A DNA stretch of 64,000 bases from an uncultured Verrucomicrobiae bacterium. Lineage in GTDB: Bacteria > Verrucomicrobiota > Verrucomicrobiia > Chthoniobacterales > Chthoniobacteraceae. Shown in pieces: positions 1 through 11,400 of this stretch. The stretch lies in assembly GCA_963836755.1 (NCBI GenBank), contig CAWIKF010000001.1:224001-288000 (forward strand), in the 5' to 3' direction. Position 1 is the first letter of the stretch; each line of letters begins with the position of its first letter. Position numbers and translations under genes: made by a program. Below the pieces are notes generated by a model that was given only the letters and a program-made list of their open reading frames with translations, did no database searches and had not been told where the DNA came from.

Positions 1-1341
1 TTGGTGGGCGGAGCGAACTTCTCGGTAGGCAGCGGCGGCGGCGGCAATACGGAAACCATCTCGGGGGGTATCACCGGCACCGGTAACTTCATCTCCGGAA
101 GTCCGGCCGGCAACAGCAGAACGTCCAAAGTGACGCTATCGGGCGCTGCCATTAACATGACTGGCTACCTCGCCAATAACACGGCCGCGACCCTCGCCAA
201 TGGCGGGTTTGGCTATGGATCAGACAGCGCTGCGGGCAGCAATACCACAGTGAGTGCGCAGATCGGCGCCAACGTGACCGCGTTGTATCAAAACTCGGCC
301 ACCAATACGTTCATCCTCACCGGAGCGAGCAATCCGTTCTTCGGGGACACCATCGTTTCCGCAGGCACTTTGAACCTTCGTAACTCGACCACCTTGCAGA
401 ACAGCGTGGTGAACTTCACCGGCGGTGCGGCGACCTTCGGCACGAGCACCACCGTGGGCCTTTCGTCCGTCACGCTCGGCGGCCTCGCAGGCTCCGGCAA
501 CGTGAACCTAAACAACACGGTCACCGCTACGCCGGGAGCCGTGGCCTTGACCATCGGCAACAGCAATGCCAGCAACGGCAGCACTGCCAATCCGAACACG
601 TTGAATCCGGTTTATTCCGGCATTCTCTCCGATGGCACCGCCACCGGAGCCAGTGTGACAAAGACCGGCACGAACACGCAGGAATTCTCCGGCGCGAACA
701 CCTACACCGGCGGCACGACGATCAACCAAGGCAAGCTGCGAGTGACTAACACCACCGGCTCAGCCACCGGCACAGGCGACGTGGGCGTGACCGGGAGCGC
801 CACGACCTTGAGCGGGACCGGTTTTGTCACCGGCAATGTCAATGTCAGCGCCAGCGGGCGGCTCGCACCCGGCACCAATACCACCGGCGCCAACAGCAAC
901 TTCGGAGCGCCAAACCTTTTGACCCTCGCCTCGGGCAGCGGGACGACTCTTTCGCTCAATGGCGCCAACGCGGACTTCGATCTAAGCAGCACGGCGGGTG
1001 GGTCCAATGACAAGATTGCCACCAATGCGCTGAGCCTCACCGGCACGAATACCTTCACCTTCAACGAGCTCAATGGCACACTCGACACCACGAACACCTA
1101 CACCTTGGTAAATGGCAGCAACCCCGTGACCGGCTTCAACCCCGCGAGCTTCACCACCAATTTCATCAATACCAACGGCAGCGCGACCCTCTACACCCCG
1201 ACCTATTCGACGGACGGTAACAACCTGCTGGTCAGCTTTGCCGTCGTCCCCGAAGCCAGCACATGGGCGATGATGCTCGGCGGGTTTGGCACACTCATCG
1301 TTTTCCAGCGGATGCGCAGTCGCAAATTGGTGCGGGCGTAA
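1..1341 (+). CDS. PEP-CTERM-type surface protein with autotransporter-associated beta-strand repeats (5' truncated by window edge)
   Basis: G/T/S/N-rich; TKTGTNTQEFSGANTYTGGTTINQGKL repeat; C-terminal VPEASTWAMMLGGFGTLIVFQRMRSRK (PE motif, TM helix, basic tail). Confidence 0.9.
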   Translation: MVGGANFSVGSGGGGNTETISGGITGTGNFISGSPAGNSRTSKVTLSGAAINMTGYLANNTAATLANGGFGYGSDSAAGSNTTVSAQIGANVTALYQNSATNTFILTGASNPFFGDTIVSAGTLNLRNSTTLQNSVVNFTGGAATFGTSTTVGLSSVTLGGLAGSGNVNLNNTVTATPGAVALTIGNSNASNGSTANPNTLNPVYSGILSDGTATGASVTKTGTNTQEFSGANTYTGGTTINQGKLRVTNTTGSATGTGDVGVTGSATTLSGTGFVTGNVNVSASGRLAPGTNTTGANSNFGAPNLLTLASGSGTTLSLNGANADFDLSSTAGGSNDKIATNALSLTGTNTFTFNELNGTLDTTNTYTLVNGSNPVTGFNPASFTTNFINTNGSATLYTPTYSTDGNNLLVSFAVVPEASTWAMMLGGFGTLIVFQRMRSRKLVRA

Positions 1342-1361
1342 ACGATTCCAAGCGAAACTCT

Positions 1362-1402
1362 AAAGCCGCCGCGTCATTTGCTTGGCGCAGCGGCTTTTTT
1401 TT
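1362..1402 (+). terminator. Rho-independent terminator
   Basis: AAAGCCGCCGCGTCA-loop-TGGCGCAGCGGC followed by a T-run, 20 nt after the stop codon. Confidence 0.8.
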
Positions 1403-1649
1403 CTGTGAGCAAAGGAGCCCTTTTCAAGCAGATGGGCGCGAGGAGGCACTTTGCGGACTTACCGCTCTTAACTCTCGCAAACTATCACATCCTAAGACCT
1501 GAAATAGCACACGAAAAAACATGCGATGGCCATCTTTGCCACTATTTTCCATACAGCCGAATGGCCGCCTTTGTCCGCCACAAACCTGTTTTCACTTCTC
1601 CTCAGACACAAAACAAAATCCCGTGAAAAAAACAAGTTCAGTTCGCCCC

Positions 1650-3479
1650 ATGAAAACCACCCGTCGCCGCACCTCCTTCATCCTTGCCGGTTCCATCAGC
1701 GCGTTGCTCTCCGTCCACTCCGCGCAGGCGATCATGGTAAGCAACACCGAGGATGATGTGCTCAATGGCAGCACCGATCTCACTGACCCCGCCTCCTACA
1801 ACAATGGGGCTCCCGGCACCACAAGCGACGTCACTTTTACGGCGCAGTCATACAGCCCCGCAACCTTTACCGTTCCTACAAACCTGAGCATCGGCACGCT
1901 GGATGATCTGGCCACCAACGCGCTGACCATCACTGGCGGCGGGAACTCCACCACCTTGACGCTCAATGGCGGCGCAAACTCCGTCGCCGGTGCCGATCCC
2001 GCCGATTTGATTTACGTTAAAACCTCCAACTTCACGATTGGCGCTGCTTCACCCACCATGGGTCTGGCCTTGGCCGCCTCCGGAAATTTCGACATCGCGG
2101 CTGGCACAACCACGATCAATTCGGTGATCTCCGACAGCGGCGGCGGATTCACCAAAACCGGCGCGGGCAAGCTAGTGCTTGCCAACAGCGGGAATACCTA
2201 CACAGGGCCGACCGCGATCACCGGCGGCGCGCTGAGCATCGCAGCTGAGGCCAACCTCGGGGCGGCCCCGGCATCATACGTGGCAAATCAACTGACGCTG
2301 GATGGGGGAACGCTTCAGCTTTCAGGAAACACGAGCACACAGAACTGGTCGGCGAATCGAGGCATCTATATCGGTGCGGGAGGTGGTGCCATTACTACTC
2401 CCGGCAACGATGTCCAGCATGTAAACTTCCAGGAAATCATTTCCGGCCCCGGCACGTTGACCTTGAGCCCGCGCGGAACCGGCACACGAGCGTTTATTTT
2501 GTCCGGTGCCAACACCTTCGGCGGGCTGATTATTGCGCAGAACGAGGTGGATGCAGCGAATAGCTCGGCCCTCGGTGCCGGATCGGTGCAGCTCGGCACG
2601 ACCAACAGTAATAACAATACTACGATTTATATTACTGCCAACGGTGCGAATATCACCAACAACATCACCGTCACGCCGGGTGGGACTCGCACCTTGGGAA
2701 TTAACTCAAGCGGCGGAACCAGCACATTCTCCGGCCCGATTTCTCTCACGGGAGGCACGGTCAATCCGACCCTTAATCTTGCTCAGCTGAACAACAACAG
2801 CACCCTCAACTTGACCGGCGGCATCACCGGCACGGGTAATGTCGCCTTTGCCGGCGGCATAGGCACGAGAAACAACGCAAATATAACGATCAGCGGTGCC
2901 GACGTGAACAACGTGGGCACCATCAGCAACCTCGACAGCGTCAGCTCGGGCACGAACACGATCAGCGCGAACATTGGCTCAAACGTCACAGGCATCATAC
3001 AAAATACCACCCACTCACCACTGGTCGTTTCAGGGGCGAACACTGCCTTCGCTGGCACAACCACGGTTACCCTTGGCACTCTTTCGACCAGTTCCGCGGG
3101 CACTCTCGGAAGTGGGAACGTGGCGGTCGCGGACACCGCTGGGGCGATCCTGACCTTGCAGAACACGGCTTCGATTGGCAGTTCGGCCATCCTCAGCTTC
3201 GGCACGAATTCAGCGATCAACATGAACTTTACCGGCGACGACACACTCGCCGGAATCACCGACACGACCACCTCGCAAATGCTCGCGCCCGGCACTTACA
3301 CGGCAGATCAACTCAATACCTTCTTCGGTGTCAGCTCCTTCGCGACCACCAATGGCGACCCAACGACCGCCACGTTCAGCGTCGTTCCCGAGGCGAACAC
3401 GTGGGCGCTGATGCTTGGCGGGTTTGGCACGCTGGTAGTTTTCCAGCGGATACGCCGCCGGAGCTCGCAGCGGGTGTAG
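1650..3479 (+). CDS. PEP-CTERM-type surface protein with autotransporter-associated beta-strand repeats
   Basis: Likely start ATG 1650 gives signal peptide MKTTRRRTSFILAGSISALLSVHSAQA; TKTGAGKLVLANSGNTYTGPT repeat; C-terminal VPEANTWALMLGGFGTLVVFQRIRRR. Confidence 0.9.
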   Translation: MKTTRRRTSFILAGSISALLSVHSAQAIMVSNTEDDVLNGSTDLTDPASYNNGAPGTTSDVTFTAQSYSPATFTVPTNLSIGTLDDLATNALTITGGGNSTTLTLNGGANSVAGADPADLIYVKTSNFTIGAASPTMGLALAASGNFDIAAGTTTINSVISDSGGGFTKTGAGKLVLANSGNTYTGPTAITGGALSIAAEANLGAAPASYVANQLTLDGGTLQLSGNTSTQNWSANRGIYIGAGGGAITTPGNDVQHVNFQEIISGPGTLTLSPRGTGTRAFILSGANTFGGLIIAQNEVDAANSSALGAGSVQLGTTNSNNNTTIYITANGANITNNITVTPGGTRTLGINSSGGTSTFSGPISLTGGTVNPTLNLAQLNNNSTLNLTGGITGTGNVAFAGGIGTRNNANITISGADVNNVGTISNLDSVSSGTNTISANIGSNVTGIIQNTTHSPLVVSGANTAFAGTTTVTLGTLSTSSAGTLGSGNVAVADTAGAILTLQNTASIGSSAILSFGTNSAINMNFTGDDTLAGITDTTTSQMLAPGTYTADQLNTFFGVSSFATTNGDPTTATFSVVPEANTWALMLGGFGTLVVFQRIRRRSSQRV

Positions 3480-3666
3480 CGCAGCGCGGGAAAAACTCCC
3501 GCAACTGCGTCACACCATATCGCGCCGATCGTCTTTTCATGCGCGGGAAATCAAATTCACCGCGCCACCGCATTTCTGCCAAGCCTCGCGCGCGACGATG
3601 CGCCTTCCAACGCGCCCGCCGCCGGCGGCCCGCCCGCGTGAGCTAAGCGAAAGACACGATCAAAAC

Positions 3667-3699
3667 AAAAAGCGCCGCAGGAGACTGCGGCGCTTTTTT
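3667..3699. terminator. Bidirectional Rho-independent terminator
   Basis: AAAAAGCGCCGCAG-GAGA-CTGCGGCGCTTTTT perfect stem with A-run and T-run, between convergent genes. Confidence 0.85.
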
Positions 3700-3790
3700 A
3701 GTTCTTAGTAAGATGTCAGAAGTGCCCGCTCTGCATTTCGAGCACTGCTCACGCATCCGCGCGCACCAATTCCTAAATCCTAAAATCTCC

Positions 3791-4495
3791 TCACCCTCTC
3801 ACCAGCACCGTCTGAATCGCACTCTCCACCCCCACGGCCGAATCCTTCAGATACGCCTGCCCCTGGATCTCCCACTCCTCCGGTTGGCCCGGCGTCGCGA
3901 TCGGGATGTGTAGCATCGCCGGCGTCGCCATGAAGCGGCCGAGATCACTCCACGTGCTCGTGCCCGCTTTGCGTCCTTGGAAATTCATCGCTGTGATCTG
4001 GCCATTCGCCTTGCGGAACTTCGCGCTGACCGTCGCCGTCGCCGTGCAAGTCACGCCAGTGATCACCGCCACGTAGCTGGTGGGATTAAAACTGCCGGCC
4101 GTCGCTTCCGTCCGCAGCGTATTTCCCTGCACGGCGGGATTGTAGCTCGTCGAGCTTTTCACTGCCTGCACCCATTTTTCGCGACGCGCCTCGATTCCCG
4201 CCAGCACTGCTGCGGGCGCAACCGGCATCGCGGGCACCGGTGGAACGACGGGTGCGGGTTGGTCAATCGCCCCGTCCAGGTAGGAGTGGATGTAGCCTGT
4301 GATGGAGGTCACGAAGCCTTCGTAGACATTCGGCAGCGTCCGGTAGAGATAGACCGCCATGGCCGCATCGGCGAGAATGGAGGTGAGTTGTGTGGCGGAA
4401 ACGCCGCAGGCCGTGAGCGTCGGTCCCTGGGTGGCGATGTTGGCCCACCAATCGGCGCGGCCTTCGTTGTTTGGGGAATAGTAACCTTGTGACAT
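3791..4495 (-). CDS. Hypothetical protein, predicted helical N-terminal part, Pro-rich linker and Ig/Fn3-like beta C-terminal domain
   Basis: 234-aa ORF from ATG 4495 (MSQGYYSPNNEGRADWW...), normal codon style, PAPVVPPVPAMPVAP linker, C-terminal WEIQGQAYLKDSAVGVESAIQTVLV beta pattern; fold is inferred. Confidence 0.75.
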   Translation of the reverse strand: MSQGYYSPNNEGRADWWANIATQGPTLTACGVSATQLTSILADAAMAVYLYRTLPNVYEGFVTSITGYIHSYLDGAIDQPAPVVPPVPAMPVAPAAVLAGIEARREKWVQAVKSSTSYNPAVQGNTLRTEATAGSFNPTSYVAVITGVTCTATATVSAKFRKANGQITAMNFQGRKAGTSTWSDLGRFMATPAMLHIPIATPGQPEEWEIQGQAYLKDSAVGVESAIQTVLVRG

Positions 4496-4579
4496 AGTTT
4501 TTTGTTCTTTCGTTTCTGTTGGGTTTTGCCACCCCGTCATGGGGCGGCTTTGGGCGGATTCTTACCTCCGCCGCCGCGA

Positions 4580-4610
4580 TGTCGAAACCTTTAGTGTTAA
4601 GATTTCGACA
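4580..4610. promoter_or_regulatory. Imperfect palindrome, possible operator
   Basis: TGTCGAAACCTT-N7-AAGATTTCGACA, 11/12 complementary arms, 85 bp upstream of the 4495 start. Confidence 0.4.
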
Positions 4611-4705
4611 CATTGGATTCGAACGGCTACAAAATCGTTCCAGCCGCCCACCGCATCCCGTGCCATCGCCGCTGGCAGCGAAACAGCCGGCGCACGGCAT
4701 CGATC

Positions 4706-4961
4706 GGTGACCACCAGACGGCGAATGGTCGCCACCCGACCGGAGATAGTGGCCACCTTTCTGGAATGGTGGGCACCGGACAGGAAATGGTGGCCACCAT
4801 CGCGGAATGGTGGGCACCTGCGAGCATTTGGTGGCCACTTTTTGCAAATGGTGGCCACCTGAGAGGTTTTGGTGGTCACCATTTTGGAAAGGTGACCACC
4901 GGGGACGAATTGGTGGCCACCTTTTAGAAATGGTGGCCACTATTTGGAAAAGGTGAGCACT
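4706..4961. repeat. Tandem array 1: 13 copies of palindromic core GGTGGCCACC with 10/11-nt spacers
   Basis: Cores start at 4706, 4727, 4748, 4768, 4789, 4809, 4830, 4850, 4871, 4891, 4912, 4932, 4952. Confidence 0.95.
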
Positions 4962-5353
4962 TTTCTCGAGCAATTCCAGCCTTTTACTCTGTTGAGCAGC
5001 ACGGGAGGAGGTTTCTCGGCCCCTTGGACCAGCCGATCTGAGTGCCAGGCGAGAAGAGGGGAGCGCACGCAAGCATCCGTTTACGCCGCGCATCGTCATG
5101 GCGACGATTGTCACACGTCCGTGCGCACTCGCCTGTGCTCGCCGAGCAGTCCCATCCCAAATTGCTGAGAATGCATATAAAAAGTCACAAAATAGAATTG
5201 GACGCCATTCGCAGCCGGATTATTTTCCCCGCGCTCGATCCCCTTTGTGCTGCTTTTCCCCGAACCTTTATCCCACACGAACCCGCGTAAACAGAGGCAT
5301 CGCGGTCATTTTTCAAGTGCCGGAGCCACATTTCCCGCGGCTCCGAAAAATTC

Positions 5354-5405
5354 TCACAAGAAAGTGAAAAAATTATTTGACGCCCGCTTTCCGCTCCGGT
5401 ATCTT
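5354..5405 (+). promoter_or_regulatory. Sigma70-type promoter with upstream TCAC-N6-GTGA inverted repeat
   Basis: TTGACG (5377-5382), 17-bp spacer, TATCTT (5400-5405); TCACaagaaaGTGA 5354-5367; same arrangement upstream of the paralog. Confidence 0.7.
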
Positions 5406-5449
5406 CCATCCCAGCAGCTCCCATTCTCATTAAAAACCTCCCGTTTCAA

Positions 5450-8400
5450 ATGAACCAATCTTCGATCTCGAATTCCGTCTCCATCAACCTCTCAGCCTCC
5501 AAAAGCAGAATGAAATACAAGCAATCCTTCGCCCTCAAGCTCCGCAACCGCGTCGCAGCGGTCATCGCCACCACCGCCGCGATCACGATGTCCAGCCACT
5601 CGGCTCACGCGCAGAATACGGTGGACAATTACACCGGCACCACGACCGGAAACGTCACTACGCCTGGCAACTGGAGCTTGAACGCGGTCCCTGTCATTAC
5701 CAATGATGCCGTTTTCCCAGTCGGCGCCGCCACCGGCGTTAGGAATTTCAGCGTAGGCAACGGCGCCTCTGTGGGACCGAGCTTGGTGGTTGGTTCGCTG
5801 GACGATTTATCCACAGGAACCACGGTCACGATCCAGAACGTTACGACCTCTGCCTCCGCTGTCACCATTACCTTGGGCGGTGCGGGTAATCTTGGAAATT
5901 CTGTCAGCGGAACCGCCGCCGATTTGTTTTACGTTGCGACGGGCGGAACTTTCAACATTACGGGCACTGGCGGCACTGGTGCCACCCTCGGCCTCGTTCT
6001 CGGCCAATCGGGTAATTTTGATGTCGCCGGCACCTCGACCATCACTTCGATCATCAGCGATGGCGGAAACGCCTTTGCGATCACCAAAACGGGCGCTGGC
6101 ACCCTGACGCTCTCGGGTGTCAATACCTTCTCCGGCGGATTCACCGTCGGCGCGGGCACTGTGACTTTCGGCGGCAATGCTGCCAATCTGGGGGCCGGCG
6201 CGATCGGTCTCGGCATAGCCTCCGGCTCTACGAACGCGATCCTGCAGTATAATACGGGGGGGGTCAACACGTTCACTAATGCGGTCAATGTCAACGCAAC
6301 TTCCGGTGGGACGCTGGAAATCTTGAACAGTTCCGGTTCTGTAAACTTCTCGGGGCCGGTGACGCTAGCCAACAACCTGCTGTTGGTGAATACCAACGGC
6401 ACCACCACAAATACCCTGACGCTCAGCGGGAATATCACTGGCACGGGTAATATCACCGCCAGCGCTACGACTGGAGCGCCCATCATTCTTACTGGAACGA
6501 ACTCTTACATCGGCACCACGACCCTGACGGCGAACAACTTGTATGCGGAGAATACAGGAGCGACAAATGTCGATAAGGCACTCAGCACGGGCACAGTGAT
6601 TTTGAATGGCGGCAGTCTCTTTCTGAAAGCCGACGGCAGCGGCAATGCTCAAACGATCATCACGGGCGACGGGACGACGGGCAACAACGTCACGGTGGGC
6701 GGAAACACGACCATTGACGTCAATAAGCTGGTAGCGGCCAACACCGGAAATACTTTTGTGCTCAACAACCTGAGCATTGGCGCAAACACACTCAACGTCA
6801 CAGGCGGGAGCAGCTACGCGCTGAAGTTCGCGGGCACGACGACCTTGACGGGCAACGCCACATTCAGCCCCAGCACGGCGAACCTCACTTTGACCGGCGT
6901 TATCGGCGACGGCGGCAGCGGATTCACGCTCACGAAAACCGGAGCAGGCACACTGTCGCTAGCCGGCGCGAATACCTACAGCGGCTTGACCACGGTTTCC
7001 GCCGGAACGCTCTCGCTGGCGGGTGGCACCATTGCCAACAGCAACGTCAGCCTCGGTTCAGCCACCTTCCAGGTTCTGAATGATGGTGCAGGCAGCAATG
7101 GGACGATCAGTCTCGGCAATAACGTCACTGTTAATGGAGCGACTACGACGGATACCATCAATGTCGGCAACAACGGCAGCGGGAACACTGGCAATACTGT
7201 GGCGTTCGGCGCGTTGAGCAACGGAACACCCGCTCAAGGTAACGCGGTCACGATCAATTTTACCGGCGCCAATGGCTACTTGGAAAGCTTCAGCAGTCTG
7301 GCACTGACCGGCGGTGGGGGTCAAGGAACCACCTTAAATCCGACGAGCACCTCGGTCACCATCCTGGGCAATGTCACCAATCAGATTACCACCAATCCGC
7401 CGACGGGAAAATTTGACACTCTGGTCCTCAGCGGCACCAGCTCGGGCAATGCGATCAATGGTGTCATCGCCGACAACGCCAACTACACCTCGGTCGGCAA
7501 CGGAGACACTCGAGTCACCATGACCGGCACCGGCTCGTGGACGCTCGGCGGCGCGAACACCTACCACGGTCCCACGACCGTCAACAACGGCACTCTCAAG
7601 TTGGGTCTCACCAATGCCATTCCGACGGCCAGTGCGCTCACGGTTTCGGGCTCGGGTGCGGGAGTGACCGCCATTCTCGATTTGGCGGGCTTCGATGAGA
7701 CCAACAGCAGCCTGAGCTTGGGCGGCAGCACCGCTACCAGCGGCGCGACTGTCACGAACTCCACTGGCAGCAGCACGCTCAAACTCACGGCCGGTGCGAC
7801 TTATTCGGCCACCAACAATCCGCTGGGTGCCACGATTTCCACCACCACCCTCGACCTGAACGGCGCGGCGCAGACCTTTACCGTTGGCGACAGCACCACG
7901 GCGCCATTTGATCTCTCCATTTCCTCCGTCATTCAGAACGGCTCTCTCATCAAAGCAGGCTCCGGCGTCCTCGCTCTGAGCGGCGCGAATACCTATGCTG
8001 GGGGAACGTCGGTTACTGCCGGCACTCTCGACTTTCAAAAGACGGCGGCGAAGCCGGTGGCCGGAACCACCACCGTCTCCAGCGGCGCCACTCTGGGACT
8101 CGGGGTGGGAGGAGCGGGATTTTTTGGTGCGGCGGATGTGAATGCCTATCTGACGAATACACTTTCCGGCGTGAGCGCATCTCGGAATCTCGCGATCGAT
8201 ACGACAGCCGGTGACTTTAGCCTGGGAGGCCTCGCCCTCCCGAATGGTTTGCGCTCTATCGCCAAGCTGGGCGCCAATACCTTGAATCTGGGCGGGATTA
8301 CTCGCACTCTGGGGATTTTGAATTTGCCGAACGCGACCGGTGCGGTCACGACCACGAACAGCAATGACGCAAGCGGCATCCTCGGGCCTTGGGCGACCAT

Positions 8401-11400
8401 CGGCACCGGTGCATCGATCAGCTACGCGGTGGCCAACGGCGGCAGCACCCCCATCAGTGCGTTGCCTGTCGCCTCGCAGACGGGTCTAGGGAACGCAGGA
8501 GGAGGCACGGTGGACATCACGAACTTCATCGATAACACCGGCAGCAAAACATTCACGGCGAATGTGGCGGCCAATACTATCGAGAATAGCTTTGCCGGCG
8601 TGACGCTGGCCAACGGCGGCTTCAGCGTGACCACGAACGGCATCCTCGACCTGACCGGCACAACGTTCAGCGGGGCCGGACATATGAAGGCCGGTGCGAC
8701 CAAGGAACTCGACATCATCAACACGAACGTGACCACGACGATCAGCTCGGTCATCGAGGATTCGGCGTCTGGCCCATCGTCGTTGGTTTTTGCCGGCGTC
8801 GGCGGGGGCACCCTGGTTCTTGGTGGAACTACTAATACCTACACTGGCAAGACCTTGATCACCAACGGCACCATTTCCATCTCCGTTGAGGCTGCTCTCG
8901 GTGCTACGCCGGTTTCAGCCGTGGCTGACGAGATTACTCTCGATAACGGCACTCTCCTCGTGACGGGTTCGGGCAATCAAGTTATACTGACCGCAAACCG
9001 GGGGATCACCCTCGGAACCTACGGTGGAACTTTGAATCCTGGCTCCAACAATGCCAGCCTCACGGTGAATGGCGTCATCACCGGCTCTGGCTCGCTGACT
9101 ATTAATGGGAGTAACGCCAGCGGTCGCTTTTTTACTCTTGGTGGTGCGAATACTTACACTGGCGACACCAGTATTCAAAACTCTACCGTGCTGAATGTGA
9201 ATACTGCGACAGCCTTCGGCGTTGGCGGCACGGTGTCCGTTGGCTCCTCCGGAAGTAACCTCACTCCTAATATCAAGATCGGTAACTTCACTGTCGCAAA
9301 CGCGATTTCGGTGACCGCGGGTGGAGGGCGCAATTTCCTCGCCGTTGGAGCAACGAGCGGTCTGAGCGGTGCGATCGCATTGGTCGGTGGAGCGACGAAT
9401 CCCACCTTGAATCTGGGCATTAGCGGCAACAATGAGACGTTTAACATCACCGGCGGAGTGACCGGCACGGGGAACATTTCCCTGGGTTCTGGATCGTCTG
9501 CCGTGACTGGCGCGCAAATCAATCTCAGCGGGGGCGCGATCAACAATATCGGCACGATCACCAATGTGGGGGTCGTTACTTCGGGCACATACACCATCAG
9601 CGCCAATATCGGCTCGAATGTCACGGGCGTGATCCAGAACAGCAGTGCGGTTCCTCTGGTATTGAGCGGAGTGAACACCTACACCGGCGCGACCGCCATC
9701 AATAGCGGCAAACTCCGCTTGACCGGTTCGCTGACGAGCGCGGTAACGGTGGGCAATGACTCAGCCACCACGGCCATCTTCTCTGGCACGGGCACGACAA
9801 CGGGCTTGGTGACCACTTTCACCAATGGAGCGAACGTTGCCTACCTCGCCCCTGGCGTGAATGTCAGCGGCACCCGCACCGACTTCGGTGCAGCCGGCAC
9901 GCTGCACCTGAACAATGGGTTGACTATCGGCAACGGGACGCAGCTTGATTACGACTTGGGCACCTCGCAGGATTTGATCGCCGGCAGCGGCGCTCTTAGC
10001 CTTGGCACCGGAGTCACTGTCAACGTTGCCGATCTTGGTGGCCTGGCGACAGGCACCGCTTACACCCTGATCAGTGGCTTCGGCTCCCACAGCGGTGACG
10101 TGAGCACATGGACGGCGGCTGGCACGGCACCCGCCGGCACGACGGGCTACACCTTTGCTCTTAGCGGCAACGACGTGACGCTGAAATTCATCGGGGCGGC
10201 GGCGACTGCGACCAGCTACTCGCTCGCAGCGGTGGCGGCGAACAACAATGTGCTCGTCAACCACGCCACAGGAGTCACCAGCACGATCACCAACACCGGC
10301 ACCGGCACGGCGGATACGCTCGACTACACCGGCTTGAGCGCAAGCGCGACCGGCGGCACGATCACCGGGGCGGCGACCAATGGCGGCCCGCTGGCGCTAG
10401 GCGCGAGCGGCAGCAACTCCGGGTTGACCTACAACGCGGGAGCCACCAGCGGCACCTACGCAATTGCGGTCACCCCGACCGTGGGCACCGCCACCAATGA
10501 CACCATCGGCGGCAGCGCTTCCAACAGCGGCACGACGACACAGGCGGTGACGGTGTATGACGCCGCCTCGCTCAGTGGCAGCGGGCTCAACGTGGCCAAC
10601 GCCGCGGGAACTTTCCGCGCCTCGGCCGCGGTGACTTCCGAGAGCTTCAATGGCCAGGCTGGCTTCACGGCCGCCGGCGGCCTTGTTGGCACGCAGATCG
10701 ACGCAGGCACCTCCACGGCAGCGGCGACCTTCGACAGCACCGGCAAACTCAACGGCACCTATAACACCACCGCCACCATCGGCTTCAACGATGTGACCAG
10801 CGGCAGCGCAGCCATCGCAGGCGGCACGGGTGACAGCGCTACGGGCATCGCCCTTTCGGCGACGGTCACCGGCAAGACCAACAACGGCAGCGCCACGGTG
10901 CTCGCGGGACAAAGCTACGCGGGCTACGGATTGACCAGCTCCGGCTTTGCCCAGAGCCCGACCACGGCCACGCTCCTCGACGGTCACGCCGGCGTGGGCA
11001 ACACAGGCCCTCTCTCCGATGGGCTGGATCACACCGTCGTCATGGCCTTCTCGAACGGGGTCGGCGGCGAACCGAACGACGCGAGCAAGCTGAGCGATGT
11101 GCTGACCTTGACCGGCACCAACACCGACAAGTTCGTGCTGCAACTCACCTACACCGGCACACCGGCCCAAGGCACTCCGTTCCTCGCCTACTACAGCGCG
11201 GCCTACGGCGGCTATGTCAACGCGATTGCAGGCAACAGCAGCGGGAACATGACCCCGTTCGGCGGAGCCGCATACGGAGAAATCGCAGGCGCCTATGATC
11301 CGAACAACGACTTCGTGCTCGGCGACTACGGGTTTGATGCCGCCAACCACACCGCGTGGGCAGTGCTCGATCACAATAGCGACTACGAAGTCATCCCCGA

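Noticed and set aside
4706..4961. Array 1 (and arrays 2 and 3) as CRISPR arrays
   Set aside because: Repeats are degenerate and spacers are only 10-11 nt, far below CRISPR spacer length; no cas genes are in the window.
4263..5114. 283-aa ORF and other ORFs crossing array 1
   Set aside because: The 20/21 alternation cycles the motif through all frames (VAT, WPP, GGH), which is typical of non-coding repeats read by chance; it also overlaps the real gene.
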